Below, piece after piece: positions 1 through 12,768 of a stretch of 64,000 nucleotides of DNA (position 1 is its first letter; each line of letters starts with the position of its first letter). The notes beneath the pieces were generated by a model. It saw nothing but the letters and a program-made list of their open reading frames with translations. It was not told where the DNA came from and did not search any database. Source of the DNA: Hypanus sabinus (lineage: Eukaryota); contig NC_082732.1 of assembly GCF_030144855.1 (NCBI RefSeq), positions 26,350,001 to 26,414,000 on the forward strand, given 5' to 3'. Made by a program: the position numbers and the translations under genes.

Positions 1-2
1 CC

Positions 3-785
3 TGTCTGAGTGGTGCGACGTGGTTTCAGGTGCTGGATCTGAGGAATGGATGTTGCCAGATCCCGATGAGTGAGGCCGACAAGGAGAAGACGGCCGTTAT
101 AAATTCCCTAGGAGTCTTCCGGTCCGAAAAGATGCCACAGGGCATATCTGGAGCCCTTGCAACCTTCCTGCGGGGCAGGTGGAAGACCATAGGGGATGTG
201 GAGGCATTTGGAGTTTTGGTGTATGTGGATGATCTCTTGGTATTTGGATTTGCCTCAGGAGAATATGAAGTGAGGTCGTTGCAGGAGCGGCTGAGAACTA
301 CAGAGTTAAAGTGTTTTCTGCACACATGCCAGGGCTGGCGAAGGTCACAGCTTGTGAGTGACTGTCTCTACGGAATCAAGTTTGAAATGAAGACGGAGAG
401 ACTGGAGAAAGTGATCTGGAACCATTCGGAAGACTTACAAGTTGGAGAGAATGAAGAAAGTTGTCTGACTGAGGGCAATAGCAAACTGAGAACCTGGAGA
501 GGGGAGTTTGCGGAGGTGAAGAAATTACAGACAAAACTCAGAAGAGGGAAGCGGAAGCTTGAAGGGAACCTGAAGATGACCATCGACAGTTCAAATGAAG
601 TGCAAAACCTGAAAGTTGATCTGGAAGAAGTCATGAGGAAGAAAAAGCTGGAGAGAAGTGCAGTGAATACTGAACAGGAGGCTGAAGAGACTGCAGGAGC
701 AGCGGGCCACGTGTTTCCGTTTGGAGAAGATCAAACAGCAGCTACCGATCGCAGAAATGAGGAAGAATACAGATTCGATGGATGA
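3..785 (+). pseudogene. Degenerate Gypsy/Ty3 pol frame (RT + RNase H remnant) fused in frame to a myosin heavy-chain tail fragment; open from the window edge
   Basis: Frame reads [44 protein letters not shown] (RT; YVDD at 222-233), then [12 protein letters not shown] (RNase H-like), then [28 protein letters not shown] (myosin-like). Confidence 0.85.
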
Positions 786-1184
786 TGTGCTGGATGTGTG
801 GTACATGCTGCCTTTTGCTGACTTTCCCTCGATTGAGGAAGAGACCTTTGGCCCTTCTCCCATTGAGTCAGGTGTAGCGGGGAGGGTTAGCTGTGTGCAG
901 TGTGGGGCATGAATGAGAGGTTGAGAGAGGAGTTGGTAGTGGGCCCAAGGTATCCCCAGTTTTGTCCGAGCCTGAAGGGTTTAGGTGAGGGGGTACGGAG
1001 GTCGCAGAAGGGTTAGGGAACTCCCAGATAGTTGGCCTAAGTAGCGCCTGAGGAACAGGGCGTGAGGTTTACTGTGTGGGGAGGAGATGTCACTGTTTGT
1101 GCTTGGGTTATGGTGTGTTGGCAGGAAAGGTGGCGAGTTATTTAATAGTCATGAGGACATGACTTTTATTTGGTGGGGGGAGAG

Positions 1185-1899
1185 TGTAAAGGGGGTTTCT
1201 TCTTTTTTCTTTGTTACTGTGTATGTAATCAAAAGGGCTTCTTTGTTTTGTTAACTAGCAGGAATGCTCCTTTGTTGCGAGAGAGTGCTAGAAGCTTGCT
1301 TGGGTTTAAAATTTACTGATAACGAGAATTGTATTCCTTTGTAAACCAAATGGGGATTAATGTTGTTCTTTCTTCTGAGTCTGTAAGCGGTTATTGACGG
1401 GCTTTTGGGCAAATCGGTGCGAGGGGGTAAGAGAGAGGGGACGCAATGCTGTAAGCTGGGCGAGGAACGGACCCCAAGCAGGGGTCCGAGGCCAGGAGGT
1501 ACTCCGAGGAGGGGGGATGAAGCTAGATGTGCTTGGTTGACCTCTCAGAGGGTCCTGAGCTGCGAGTCGAGGAGTTCGGAGGGGATCGAATGGTGGCCAG
1601 AAGACTTCAGTAATTGAGCTCCAAGGGTTGTGCACGAAGTGGTTTGGACTTTGATAAGTTTGGCGCCTTTTCTTTATTTTTTCTCTTCATATATACTGTA
1701 TCATCATTAATCACTTAGTTATAGTAACCTTTATAAATTGTACTCATTTAATCGCTTATGGTGTACTGTCTGTTTTTGGGCGAGGCGGGGACATCACACA
1801 GCATCCACACCAGCTGATTACCCAGTTTGACGGGGCCAAAGGCTGCTCCCCCTAGACGAGAACGAGCTGAGCGAGCCTGAGGTGACCCAGGGGGTTACA
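1185..1899 (+). repeat. 3' LTR (715 bp)
   Basis: Starts TGTAA right after the PPT and ends TTACA (terminal inverted repeat). Confidence 0.85.
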
Positions 1900-2081
1900 T
1901 ATTTATTTATCATATACTTCATTGTGCTACTGTTGTAAAGTTAATAAATTTCTCAACTTATACCAGTGATATTAAAGCTGGTCCTGATTTATGTATCTCA
2001 AAAAAGTAAAAATCTTTAATGTACTTCACATCAGGAAGGTTAAAAGTCACACCTACAAGTTAAATTTTGACTGTAACTCAC

Positions 2082-2223
2082 CCATTTCGTACTGCAGTTG
2101 CATCTGCAACAGTAGCAGGCATAATGAAAAAGGAGTTTGCAGAAACAGCATCCTGGAAACGATTGATGTATCGCAGGAAGTAGGGAAGGTTTAAGCAGAC
2201 ACGTAATAGCTTCTCAGAGCCCC
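2082..2223 (-). CDS. UBR4: UBR4 exon 7
   Basis: GSEKLLRVCLNLPYFLRYINRFQDAVSANSFFIMPATVADATAVRNG; tttgtag acceptor, gtgagt donor; 142 nt. Confidence 0.96.
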
Positions 2224-3032
2224 CTACAAAATGACAAGGGAATTCAACATATTTCTTTTAACATTTGAGTTAAATACAATGACCAGACAAAGAACCTACA
2301 TACAGAATTAAAATCTAGCATAGCAAATGAACCGTAAACCGAATGAGAAAATATATTTATTACTGCATTACTTTCTTTTAAGTGTAATCCTAATAGGTTC
2401 TCATTAAGCTACTGGCTGTCAGTCACTCTCTTCTACCTCCAGTCTCACCTAGCAATTGTACTCTTCACTAAATTACCTATATGTTTCTCCACCCATGTGT
2501 CAAAATGCATCAATCCCACAATCTAACTCTAGCTAGTCACTCAAAATATAGATACTTCAAAAGTATTATTTCACAAATAACAGCAAGTTTACAAATACAC
2601 ACAAGGTCACAAAATACAGACAGACAATTGATTTTGTTGGTTGAGACATCATTTTAAATTTAAGTAACCATTATTTAATCAACACAGGTTTAAAAACTAT
2701 AATCCTGGCCTTGTTTTTATGAATGTGGATGAACTCAGGTCATAATCTTTACTCTATGACAAACTACGTCACAATTCAGCCACAATCTTACAGAATGACA
2801 AACAAATTCACTGATCAAAATGGCCTACTCTCATTCCGATGTAACCAATTGAAAATAGTTTTTACTTAAGCTAAGAACCCCAATTAACTGGCTATACACA
2901 ATGTTTATTAGACATTATCACATTTATACAAGATCAGTAGTCATACTTATCACACGAATGATTCAATTTGCTTTAAAGAAAAAATTCTGAGCGCAGCTCT
3001 CTTCATTATGAGGATTTCACAGTTAAACTCAC

Positions 3033-3135
3033 CCAATGCTTGTAAACTGGAGACATTCTGAGCAATAAATGCATTTTTCATCTTAGTAACAGTTACTTGG
3101 TCTGCTGCTGTCTGTTCAACATTTTCTCCATCCGC
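3033..3135 (-). CDS. UBR4: UBR4 exon 6
   Basis: ADGENVEQTAADQVTVTKMKNAFIAQNVSSLQALG; ggtcag / gtgagt; 103 nt. Confidence 0.92.
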
Positions 3136-3691
3136 CTGACCAATTAAAAAAGGTACAGAAAATTCACATTAACAAGCTGTTCAGTCATACCAGACTATGT
3201 AGGTGTTTCATTCCCCACCAGGTCAACCATTGTATCTTACATATCATATTTTCATATGCTTATTCTAATCATTTGCAGAAACAATTACACATGGTCAAAG
3301 CACAGCAAGATAAAAGAAAGTATTTTCCAGATGGAAATAAGTATTTTTGTGAAGGATTCACAAAGTTGTTCAGAATCAATGTATTTTCACCTTCAATCTA
3401 GGTTCACATCCAGGCTTAACTGACAGAAAATGACAGTCAAAAAAAAGAGCCTGAGTATTTAATAAACAACTTCCAGTAGGTAAAATCCAAATCACAACAT
3501 AAATAACTCAGCAATAACTTCCAATAAATTGGTCAAATTAACTATTCAAAAGAATAATGCAGGTAAATCCAAAGGTACTCTTCCCAAATTAATTATGGAA
3601 ACTCTGAATTTGAAGAAACAGGTGAATAAAATTAAAATACAAATTAGCCATCATATGACTGGGTGACAAAACAGGTTTACTGAGCAGAAGA

Positions 3692-4487
3692 CAGTTGATT
3701 CTGGTTAACTGGAATACAACGTGACCAGTACATTCTGGCCAAATTAAGCTGCACCCAATTAGACGAAGCTTCATGGAAACAGTTAAAAAGGTACAAACAC
3801 AAACGGAGTAACAAATTATGTATTTAAATGAAATACAGAACAAATTACAATACTTATAGCACTACAGTACTATAAAATTGTATTAGTTCCTAATAAGTTA
3901 TCGATGGAGGAAATCATCGAATGTATGGTGCCATGTTCTTTTGATTGATTATAAACAAACAAAATCAGCGCAGACACCTACAGCAGATGGTGGACTGGCC
4001 TCGAATAATGCTTTCAACGATTGCATCCTGCAAATCTTCATTTTCATTGTAATGTTCAATATGATAGTCAATAACTTCAAATTCTTTGTAGTTCCTAACT
4101 TGTTGAAGTAATTAAATCATTTCATTCTCAATCCCAACCATTTCCGGCATCTCCAAGCCTGAATGAACTACAAAAACTACAAAAACAGTTCTGAATTGCC
4201 TTACCTCTTATTTCTTGCCAACTATCAGTGACAAAAATCACAGCTTGTAGTTTAAAAATTAAAAGCTGTTTAAAAACTGTTTGCTCCAAGCACAGTATAG
4301 TGTCTTAATGGTCATCTGACTGACTCTACTTAGAAACTGTTTGAAAACCTCCTGTCTGAATTAAGTGGGATCGTTTCCCAAATAAATCTTGGCTAGTTTC
4401 TTAATTAGTTTTCCTTTTTTTTTAAAGAATTGTCCCAAATAAACGGCAGCCCTGAATAACCGATGGCCCAATTAACAGAATCCACTG
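3692..4487. mobile_element. Non-autonomous Tigger/pogo-like (Tc1-mariner) DNA element
   Basis: Imperfect TIRs cagttgattctggttaactgg ... cccaattaacagaatccactg, followed by TA. Confidence 0.7.
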
Positions 4488-4826
4488 TAGTTTCTTTCTA
4501 TTCCTATCCAGAAGAGGGATTGCCACACTGTACATCATCTGTAACTGCTTCAAAAAAAAAGGCTGTTCCCCCAACATTTATGACAAAAAAAAACAGAACT
4601 CATGTTCCCTAAAATAAATATCTTGATCAGAAACAATTTGGCAAATTTCCTTACATAAATGCATTCTGAATCACTTATCATTTAGAATTTTCTCATGGTA
4701 TCTGTTGCTACTCTCCTCATTGGTAATACAGTACTGCAGTAGAAAAAATCTGATTTTTGTCATAATATCCTATTAATTTATGAATCTTAATAAAAGCCTT
4801 GCTCAAAAGATACAGAGTTCATTTAC

Positions 4827-4966
4827 CTGAGCCACAGGAGGAGGAGCAGATGAGGTCGACACATCTGGGTTGAAAACGGAAGTCAACTGGTTCAAGAAAT
4901 TCATTTGTACCTCCTTTTGTCGTAGTTCAGGTGTCAACGGAGAGACAGGCTCTTTTTGATCCTCCA
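4827..4966 (-). CDS. UBR4: UBR4 exon 5
   Basis: VEDQKEPVSPLTPELRQKEVQMNFLNQLTSVFNPDVSTSSAPPPVAQ; ttag / gtaaat; 140 nt. Confidence 0.95.
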
Positions 4967-5095
4967 CTAAGTAAAGAAAGTTATACATAGAAGTTAAGCA
5001 TAACAAACCGTCAATAACCTCTGAGCACCAAGGATTAAGTAAAATTGGGTTACAGTAACATGAAAATGAACTGAGATTCACAATCAAAGGCGTAC

Positions 5096-5225
5096 CATCT
5101 GAGAGAGTCTTCACTGTCTTCGGCAGTTTGGCTGACTTCATCATCGCTGTGAAAGTAATTATCTCAGTCCTGTCCAGTCGGCTGCAGCCAGTGCAAAGGC
5201 CCTTGATCAAGAGGATCAAGTGTTT
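5096..5225 (-). CDS. UBR4: UBR4 exon 4
   Basis: KHLILLIKGLCTGCSRLDRTEIITFTAMMKSAKLPKTVKTLSD; ctcag / gtacgc; 130 nt. Confidence 0.96.
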
Positions 5226-6179
5226 CTGAGGAAGAAGTGTGACAACAAAATAAGAGTTGAAAAGTAGAAAAATGCATACATTTACAGCAAAACATTTTTG
5301 AACAAACCTTTCTATTCAGTTAAGCCCTTTCAAGATTACTGTGCTTTTTTATTCTTATTACTTCAGAAAAATAATATTGAAATTTATGGAAGTTGGTTGA
5401 TATAAAAGATGTGCTGAAGATATATACACACTTATGTACATTCATGAATACATTTTGAAAATAGCAATAAACACCAAAGGTCACTGGTTGCCCTAAGCAA
5501 GAAAGAATTCGAGGTAGTAGCCAAAAACACTGCAAAACATAAATGTTAAGGTATCTTCTAAAAGCAGCAAGAAGAGGAATTTTGTCAAGAGAAATAAGGC
5601 ACTAAGAATGGGAAAGGGAATAGGGAAGGGCTTTATAAGCCAGTAAAAGTAGATTACAGCTGATCTCCAACCAATGTAACTTCTTTTTTGTTTCCTTTTC
5701 TTTAATACTTAACAAAAATGCTATCAATTTCTGTTGAAACTTGCTTTTGCAGGAAAATCTGTACTTAAAACCTTCAGACATGTCCATCCTTCTTTGCCCC
5801 AGGATCTATAAATCAAAAATGCCCCCAGATAATTAAAACTATTTGGATCTTATGATGCACTCAGGACATCCTAAAGAACAATCAAGTACTTTTAAATGTG
5901 ATCACTTCACACCGCACGGTTCTATTCACTGCAGTGAAGTAAACAACCAGCTGACTTTATTGGTGCAGATCAGAACTCTTGGTGACCTTTCTAGATGATC
6001 CCCAGGAAAGGTAATAAAGCCATCATCAATACAATAGGTTACTTACCAGACACCTATGAGAAAACTAGATACAAGCATGCAAGAAGACAAATTAGAAAAA
6101 TGATTCAACTTCATTGAATAATAAATATTCACCAGAGAACTCTTTACACTTACAACCAATCTGAGTGTTAAGCAATTAC

Positions 6180-6283
6180 CTGTGAAACAGCACATGCTTC
6201 ATCTGGATTCTCAAGACGCATCAATGAGAATTCTATCAGGACTTTACATGCAGCAGCAACAGATAGTAATTGATTCCTAGGAA
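6180..6283 (-). CDS. UBR4: UBR4 exon 3
   Basis: PRNQLLSVAAACKVLIEFSLMRLENPDEACAVSQ; ttctag / gtaatt; 104 nt. Confidence 0.96.
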
Positions 6284-6761
6284 CTAGAAATGTTGGAAAA
6301 GTTGGTAATTAGTAAAATAAAGTTTTCAAAACATGAAATATTTTACTTTACAAATTTAACTGGAAAGGATAATTCTAGAAACTTTTGACATAGGAGATGC
6401 TTGAACAGGACAAACTGGATAGGTCTTTCACAGAGTCAGCAAAGGCATTATAGGGTAAATGACCTCCTCTCGTGCTGCATAATTCAGTGATATGATGTAA
6501 TATACATATAAACAAAAGGGTCATTCAAAATATAATTAGAAGCTAAAAAAAATTGGTAATGTGTTGCAACCTTTGACTTTATTTTTAATCTTATCAGAAC
6601 ACTTCCATATTTCAAGATGCAGATAATCCTCCAAATCTTTCTCTGGGGTTTAAAGCCAGAATGGCTTAAACCTGAAGGATTCTGGTGCTTCTACACTGAC
6701 AATCATTACAATTCTCTATCAAAAGGGCTTTTATGATATTAATTTGATCAGGAATACTCAC

Positions 6762-6859
6762 TTTGTGCACAGACTGTTGATATGTAATGTGCAGACAAAG
6801 CCACAAATGATGAGTAGAATGGCTCATAATGTTTTTCATGATGCAGAATCTCCTTCTCA
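6762..6859 (-). CDS. UBR4: UBR4 exon 2
   Basis: SEKEILHHEKHYEPFYSSFVALSAHYISTVCAQ; tttcag / gtgagt; 98 nt. Confidence 0.96.
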
Positions 6860-7289
6860 CTGAAATGCAAAACAAATCAATCAGAAGCTTTAAATTAACA
6901 CAAGTACCTATGAATCCATCAAAGAAAGATTTATAGTAGAGCAATTCAGATAAACATAGAAGTGCTGGGTATAATCAACAAGACAGCCAAGCACCTAGAA
7001 GGTGAAAAAAAAGTAACGTTTCAAGTCAAAAGGATTCAGTTAGGGTGAACTTGTTTCGAAGTCATAGTAAGAGAGCACTTTCAATGTGTGCAATCCTGAA
7101 CATTCCTCAGATCTCCCAATGGCCTCCATCAAGAAGTTTGCTGAGCTTCCTGGGTGCATTAATGTAATTAATGGTCACACTGATGTCATTAAAGCTACTC
7201 AGATCCCTTGCAGTTAACACTTCCACCCACATCTGGATCAGGATCATTATACTACGTGGAGCTGAGTGAATCAGGATAATAATGTGGAA

Positions 7290-10280
7290 GAATGATGGCA
7301 CCAGCGATCACTAGCAACATTCTGTGGGCTGAACACAATTGTCCTAAATATTCTTTAAAATATACCCCTTTCAACCTATTCTTACTGCAATCTGCAGGAT
7401 GTAACTTCCCTCTAAGCAATGTACTTTTAAATCAACTTCATGAACTACAGATCTCATGACTCAGCAGACCAGGCAGTTACTGCATGTTTAAGAGGACAAA
7501 GGTTCATCGTCGTGGCCGAAAGTGAGGCACTGAGGACGGGACTACAAGCCAGGCTGAAACACAGTGGAATGAGGCCTCCTCTACCCAGCATCTTGTTGGC
7601 AAATGTGCAGTCACCAGAGAACTAAACTGAGGACAAGATTGCTTTATTGTAGAGAAATGAGATCCTTTTGTATTCTATGTATGACCAAGAGGTGGCTTTC
7701 TCTGGGCACACCAGATACAGCAATGAGACCAGAAGGCTTGATGATTCACAAAATGGACCGAACTGCTGATTTGAAAAAGGCAAAAGGAGGAGGTGAATGT
7801 TTCATAATAAACTCTTGATGATATTCCAACATGGCAGTTTTCTCAAACTTGTGTTCCCCCAACTTGGAACAAATGGTCAAAAGCTGTCCATTCTATTTTC
7901 CTGGGTAGTTCTCATCTGTCACTTTGACCACAGTTTATATACCAGCAGCCAACTATAATCAAGATCCCACAGTACTGCATGATGCCTGAAACGGCCCATC
8001 CCAACGCATTTCAGATCATATTTGGAGACCCTGCTAAATCACCATCAGCATATAACCTGCAGTACCGGGGGTCCCAATACATTAGACCACTGCTATACTA
8101 AGATAAGGAAGGCCTATTGTTCCATGCCCAGAGCATATTTCTGGAAATCTGATCACTTGGTTGTTCCTCTCCTACCTGCATACAAGCAGAGGCTAAAGAA
8201 TGAAGCTCCAGAGATTAGGACAACAAAGAGGTGGTTGTGAGAGGCAGCGAAGCGGTTACAGGATTACTTCTGAGTCATTGGACTGGGCACGTTCAAGTAC
8301 TCATACAGAGACCTGAATGAATACATCATGGCTGTAATGGACTTTCTCAAATCAGCTGTAGATGAGTGTGTCCCCACAAATTCATTGAGTCTTGCCCAAC
8401 CAGACACTCTGAATGAACGATAAGATCCAAATTCTGTTGAGAGCTAGACAAAGGCGCTCAAGTCTGGTAATCAAGAAAACTACAAGAAGTCCAGACACGA
8501 CCTCTGGAAATGCCACCTCTCGGGCAATTCCAGACCAAACTTGAATCAACTAAGGATGCATGATAGTTGTGGTAGGGTTGAATACTATCACCTCTTATAA
8601 AGTTAAATAAAGTGGCATAGGAAATAGCAGGGCTTCACTTCCAGATGAGCTTAATGTCTTCTATGCTCACTCTGATCATCAAAACATGGAGGAACCATCA
8701 TGAATTCCCATATCCCCCAATGATCCTGTAATTTCAGTCTCTGAAACCAACATACAAGCAGCGTTCAGGATGGTGAACCCATGAAAAACATCCGGCCCAG
8801 ATGGGGTATCTGACCAAGTACCAAAGACCTGTCCTGATCACTGGCTGTGTTCACTGAAATCTTTAAACTCTCACTTCAGCAGTGTGGGGTACCCACTTGC
8901 TTCAAGCAGCCTTCAATTATACCAGTGCCCAAGAAGAGCATCATTACGTGCCTCAAATGACTATCGCCCTTCATCCACAGTGATGAAGTATTTTGAGAGG
9001 TTGGTGATGAAACACATCAATTTCTGGAAGAAAATCAACTTAGATTTGCTCTAATTTGCCTACCAGAGCAACAGGTCCACATCGATGCAATCTCATTGAC
9101 TCTTCACTCAATCTTGGTACATCTAGACAGCAAAGATGCATACACAAGATGCTCTTTATCAACTACAATATTCAATACCATCATCCTTTCAAAACTAATC
9201 AATTAACTCCAAGACTTCAGCTTCAATACCACCTTGTGCAATTGGATCCTGGATTTCCTCACTTGTCGACCCACCCCAGTCAGTTCAGATTGGCAACAAC
9301 ATCTCCTCCACAATCTCCATCAGCAGACGTGCACCACAAGGCTGTGTGTTTAATCCTGTGCTCTACCTGCTTTACACTTATGACTGTGTGGTTAAGTTTG
9401 CTGATGGTACCATTGTCAGAGGCTGAATCAAATGTGGTGATGAGTCAGCATATAGGAAAGTGACTGAAAATGTGGCTGCGTGGTATCATAACAACAACCC
9501 CTCATGCAATGTTAGCAAGACCAATAAGCTGATTATAGATTTCAGAAGGATATCAGCGGTCCATGAGCCAGTCTTCATCGGAGAATTAGAGGTCTAGAAG
9601 GTTAGCAATTAGGTGTTTTTACTTCGGACGACCTGTCCTGTAAAGTGCAATTACAAAGAAAGCATGGCAGCACTTCTACTTCCTTAGGAGTTTGCAGAGA
9701 TTTGACAAACTTCAACAGATATGTATTGCAGAGTATATTGACTGGGTGCACCACAGTCTGGTATGGAAATACAAGTGCCCTTGAATGGAAAATCCTACAA
9801 GCACTGGATACAGCCCAGTCCATCATGGGTAAAGCCCTCTCATACTGAGCACATCCACAAGAAATGCTGTTGCAGGAAAGCAGCTTCCATCATCAAGAAA
9901 CCCCACACACAGGCCATGCCCTCTTCTTGCTGCTGCCATCAGAAAGAAGGTACAAAAGCCTCAGAACTCACCCACCAGATTCAGGAAAAGTTATTAGCCC
10001 TCAATCATCATGCTCTTGAACCAAAAGGGGACAACTTCACTTGCCCCATCACTGAAATGTTCCCACAACCAGTGGACTCACTTTCAAGGACTCTTCAATA
10101 TTTATTGCTATTTATTTATCTCTACATTTGCACAGTTGTCTTCCGCACTCTGGTTGAACACCCTAGTTGGGTGGCCTTGAATTAATTCTGTTACGTTACT
10201 ATTCCAAAGATTTATTGAGTATGCCCACAAGAAAATGATCTCAGAGTTGTATTTGATGGGAAAAATTTACTTTCAACTTG
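7290..10280 (+). mobile_element. Near full-length decayed Rex1/Babar-type LINE
   Basis: RPPLPSILLANVQS, TLDHCYT and SDHL (AP endonuclease), RT remnants with many frameshifts and stops, 3' tail shared with the 18.3-20.8 kb copy; borders approximate. Confidence 0.85.
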
Positions 10281-10479
10281 GTCTGCCTTTTGATCTGTAT
10301 CTACTGGATGAATTAATTGACTTGAAGTCAGTGACAATTGTGATACAGATTAACATGCAACATTTCATTTAATAATGTATCTTGTTTTTCCGACACAGCT
10401 ATTGCAAGATCAAAGGAGTGAATCGCAACCTTTTGTGCCATATGATTCTACAGATGAACACCAATGGAATGATCTGATT

Positions 10480-10865
10480 TGGATGGTGGTGATCAAGAGA
10501 ATAATGTCTCAAAAAGGTGGCATCCATCATTAAGGCCACACCCAGGACATGCCCTCTTCTCATTGCTATCATCAGGAAGGAGGAACAGAAGTGTGAAGGC
10601 ACACACTCAATGATTCAGGAACAGCATTCTCCCCTCTGCCATCTGATTTCTAAATGAACATTGAACACATGAACATTACCTCACTACATTTTCATTTCTA
10701 TTTTTTGCACTATGTGCTTTTCATATATATATTACACACACACACATATGTACTTTCCATAAGTCACAGTTTTTTCTATGTTATTACGTGTTGCATTGTA
10801 TTGCTGCTGCAAAGTCAAATTTCATGGCATATGCAGGTGATATGAAATCCAATTCTGATTCTGAA
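10480..10865 (+). mobile_element. 3' fragment of Rex1/Babar-type LINE
   Basis: ctcaaaaaggtggcatccatcattaagg... 3' end with attctgattctga tail; same family at 43.4-44.2 kb. Confidence 0.7.
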
Positions 10866-11259
10866 GCTTTGATCTCGAACACTGTACAATACAGTAATAC
10901 TGAACTGCTTATTTAGTGTTGGCCTAAAGTATATGTTTAAGTCCTGAAGGAAGCATTTCAATTCCAAGTAAATAACTTGAAACTCCTCAGAGCCCAACTT
11001 TGAAATTTTCAGGCCTCCCTAAGCAGGCTATTGATAACCTGTTAAGTCTTGGATTTGATTAACATGAAGCTCAATGAAGGTGTTGAAGTGTGGATTACGA
11101 ATTAAAGACAGTTTTCCATATTTCAACACACCAGAAATCAAATTTTGTGTTGCTGAAAATGAATGACATGCAATACTTCGTCATCTGACCAAGTGCAGTA
11201 TGCAAGCAAAATGTGACCTTACGGCAAAAGCGGTAAGAAAGGCCTCAGTGTAGTGCAGA

Positions 11260-12250
11260 ATGTCAAATAGGAGATTCTTGCAATGTAAGGTTGTGATAGT
11301 AAGCAATTTTAACTTTCCACATATTGATCAAGACTCCCATACTGTAAAAGTGCTGGATGGGAAAGAGTTTGTGTTCAGTAATTTTCCCTTAATCAGTACA
11401 TACAACTCCCAAATAAAGCGAGTATGATACTAGATCTCCTATTAGATAATGAAACAAGGTAGATGACAGCAGATTGTGTAGGAGAACACTTAGCACCTGA
11501 TGATCATAATGCTATTAGTTTCGAGGTAATTATGGAAAAGGATAGGTAAGCCCTTGGGCTGAGATTCTAAACCAGAGAATGGCCAATTTTGATGGTCTCA
11601 GAAAGGATCGGGCAAGTGTGGAGGCTGATTTCTGGCAAAGGTGTACTTGATAAGTGAAAGGCAATCAGAAGTGATATTTTGAGAGTACAGAGTTTGTAAA
11701 TTCCTGTCAGAATAAAACCCAAGGATAACAGGTTTAAGGAACCTTAGTTTTCATGAGATATTGAGGCCTTAGTTAAGAGAAAATAAAGGATATGCATAGC
11801 AGGTTTAAGGAGGAAGGAACAAATGAGGTACTTGAGTACAAGTACAAGAGAACACTTAAGAAGGAAATCAGGCATCTAAGAAGACACAAGGTTGCTCTAG
11901 CAGACAAGGTGAAGAACAATTCTAAGAGCTTTGAAAGATATATTAAATGCATAAGGATACCAAGGACAAAATTTGGCCTCTAGAAGATCAGAGAACTATT
12001 CTCTGTGTGGAGCCAACAGAGTTGGTGGAGATCGTAAGTATTTATTCCGGAGATAGACACAAAGCCTATAGATGCAGCAGTGAGGTCGTGGACCCTGTAC
12101 AGATTACAGAAGGGAGGTGCTTGCTGTCTTGAGGCAAATTAGAGTGGATAAATTCCCAGGATCTGACAAGGTGCTTCCTTGGACCCTGTGGAAGGCTAGT
12201 GCAAAAAGTGCACAGGCCCTAACACATCCTTAGCCACAAGTGAGGTGCCT
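11260..12250 (+). mobile_element. Decayed CR1 LINE internal fragment (endonuclease-RT linker)
   Basis: LKKEIR..RRHKVALADKVKNNSKSF..YIK peptide remnants, similar to the CR1 at 12.8-15.8 kb. Confidence 0.75.
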
Positions 12251-12768
12251 GAGCCTCTGACATGAAATTGTGCTGCAGTTATAACCACCAGACCACAGAC
12301 AGAAAAGAGTTCTCCTTCAGATAGATTCTGACCAATGAACCCATGGAGACTGCTAAGAGTCAAACAGAAAGTTCACATCGCCCCTGAGTTTAAGCATTGC
12401 TGTCTCAGAAGCAATTAAAAGTAGTCAGAATTTGGGTAAATGAGCTGATTAACTTACCGAAGCAAATAACAGAAATAACTCATTATGGACTAATAAATTT
12501 TAAGTTTTATGTTGTAGGGGATGTGCTAACTGCAGCCAGGATGTCACTATGCATCATCTGAAATGTTGAAATTTACACCGTGGCCACTTTTAGGCACAAC
12601 TGCTGTTTAATGCAAACATATAAATAACCAATCATGTGGCATCAACTCTGCATAAAATCATGCAGACATTGTCAAGTGATTCAAATGTTGTTCAGTGCAA
12701 ACAACAGAATATGGAAGAATTGTGATCTAAGTGACTTTGACCATGGAATAATTGTTGGTGCCAGACAA

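Larger units (their letters stand above)
1..1899 (+). mobile_element. 3' part of a Gypsy-type LTR retrotransposon in UBR4 intron 7, antisense to the host gene
   Basis: RT motifs, a pol C-terminal RRSQR-like remnant near 995-1040, polypurine tract ggtggggggagag (1172-1184) directly followed by the LTR. Confidence 0.9.

Noticed and set aside
399-700. A genuine myosin gene exon nested in UBR4
   Set aside because: No flanking splice sites or other myosin exons; embedded between RT and PPT/LTR, so treated as captured sequence.
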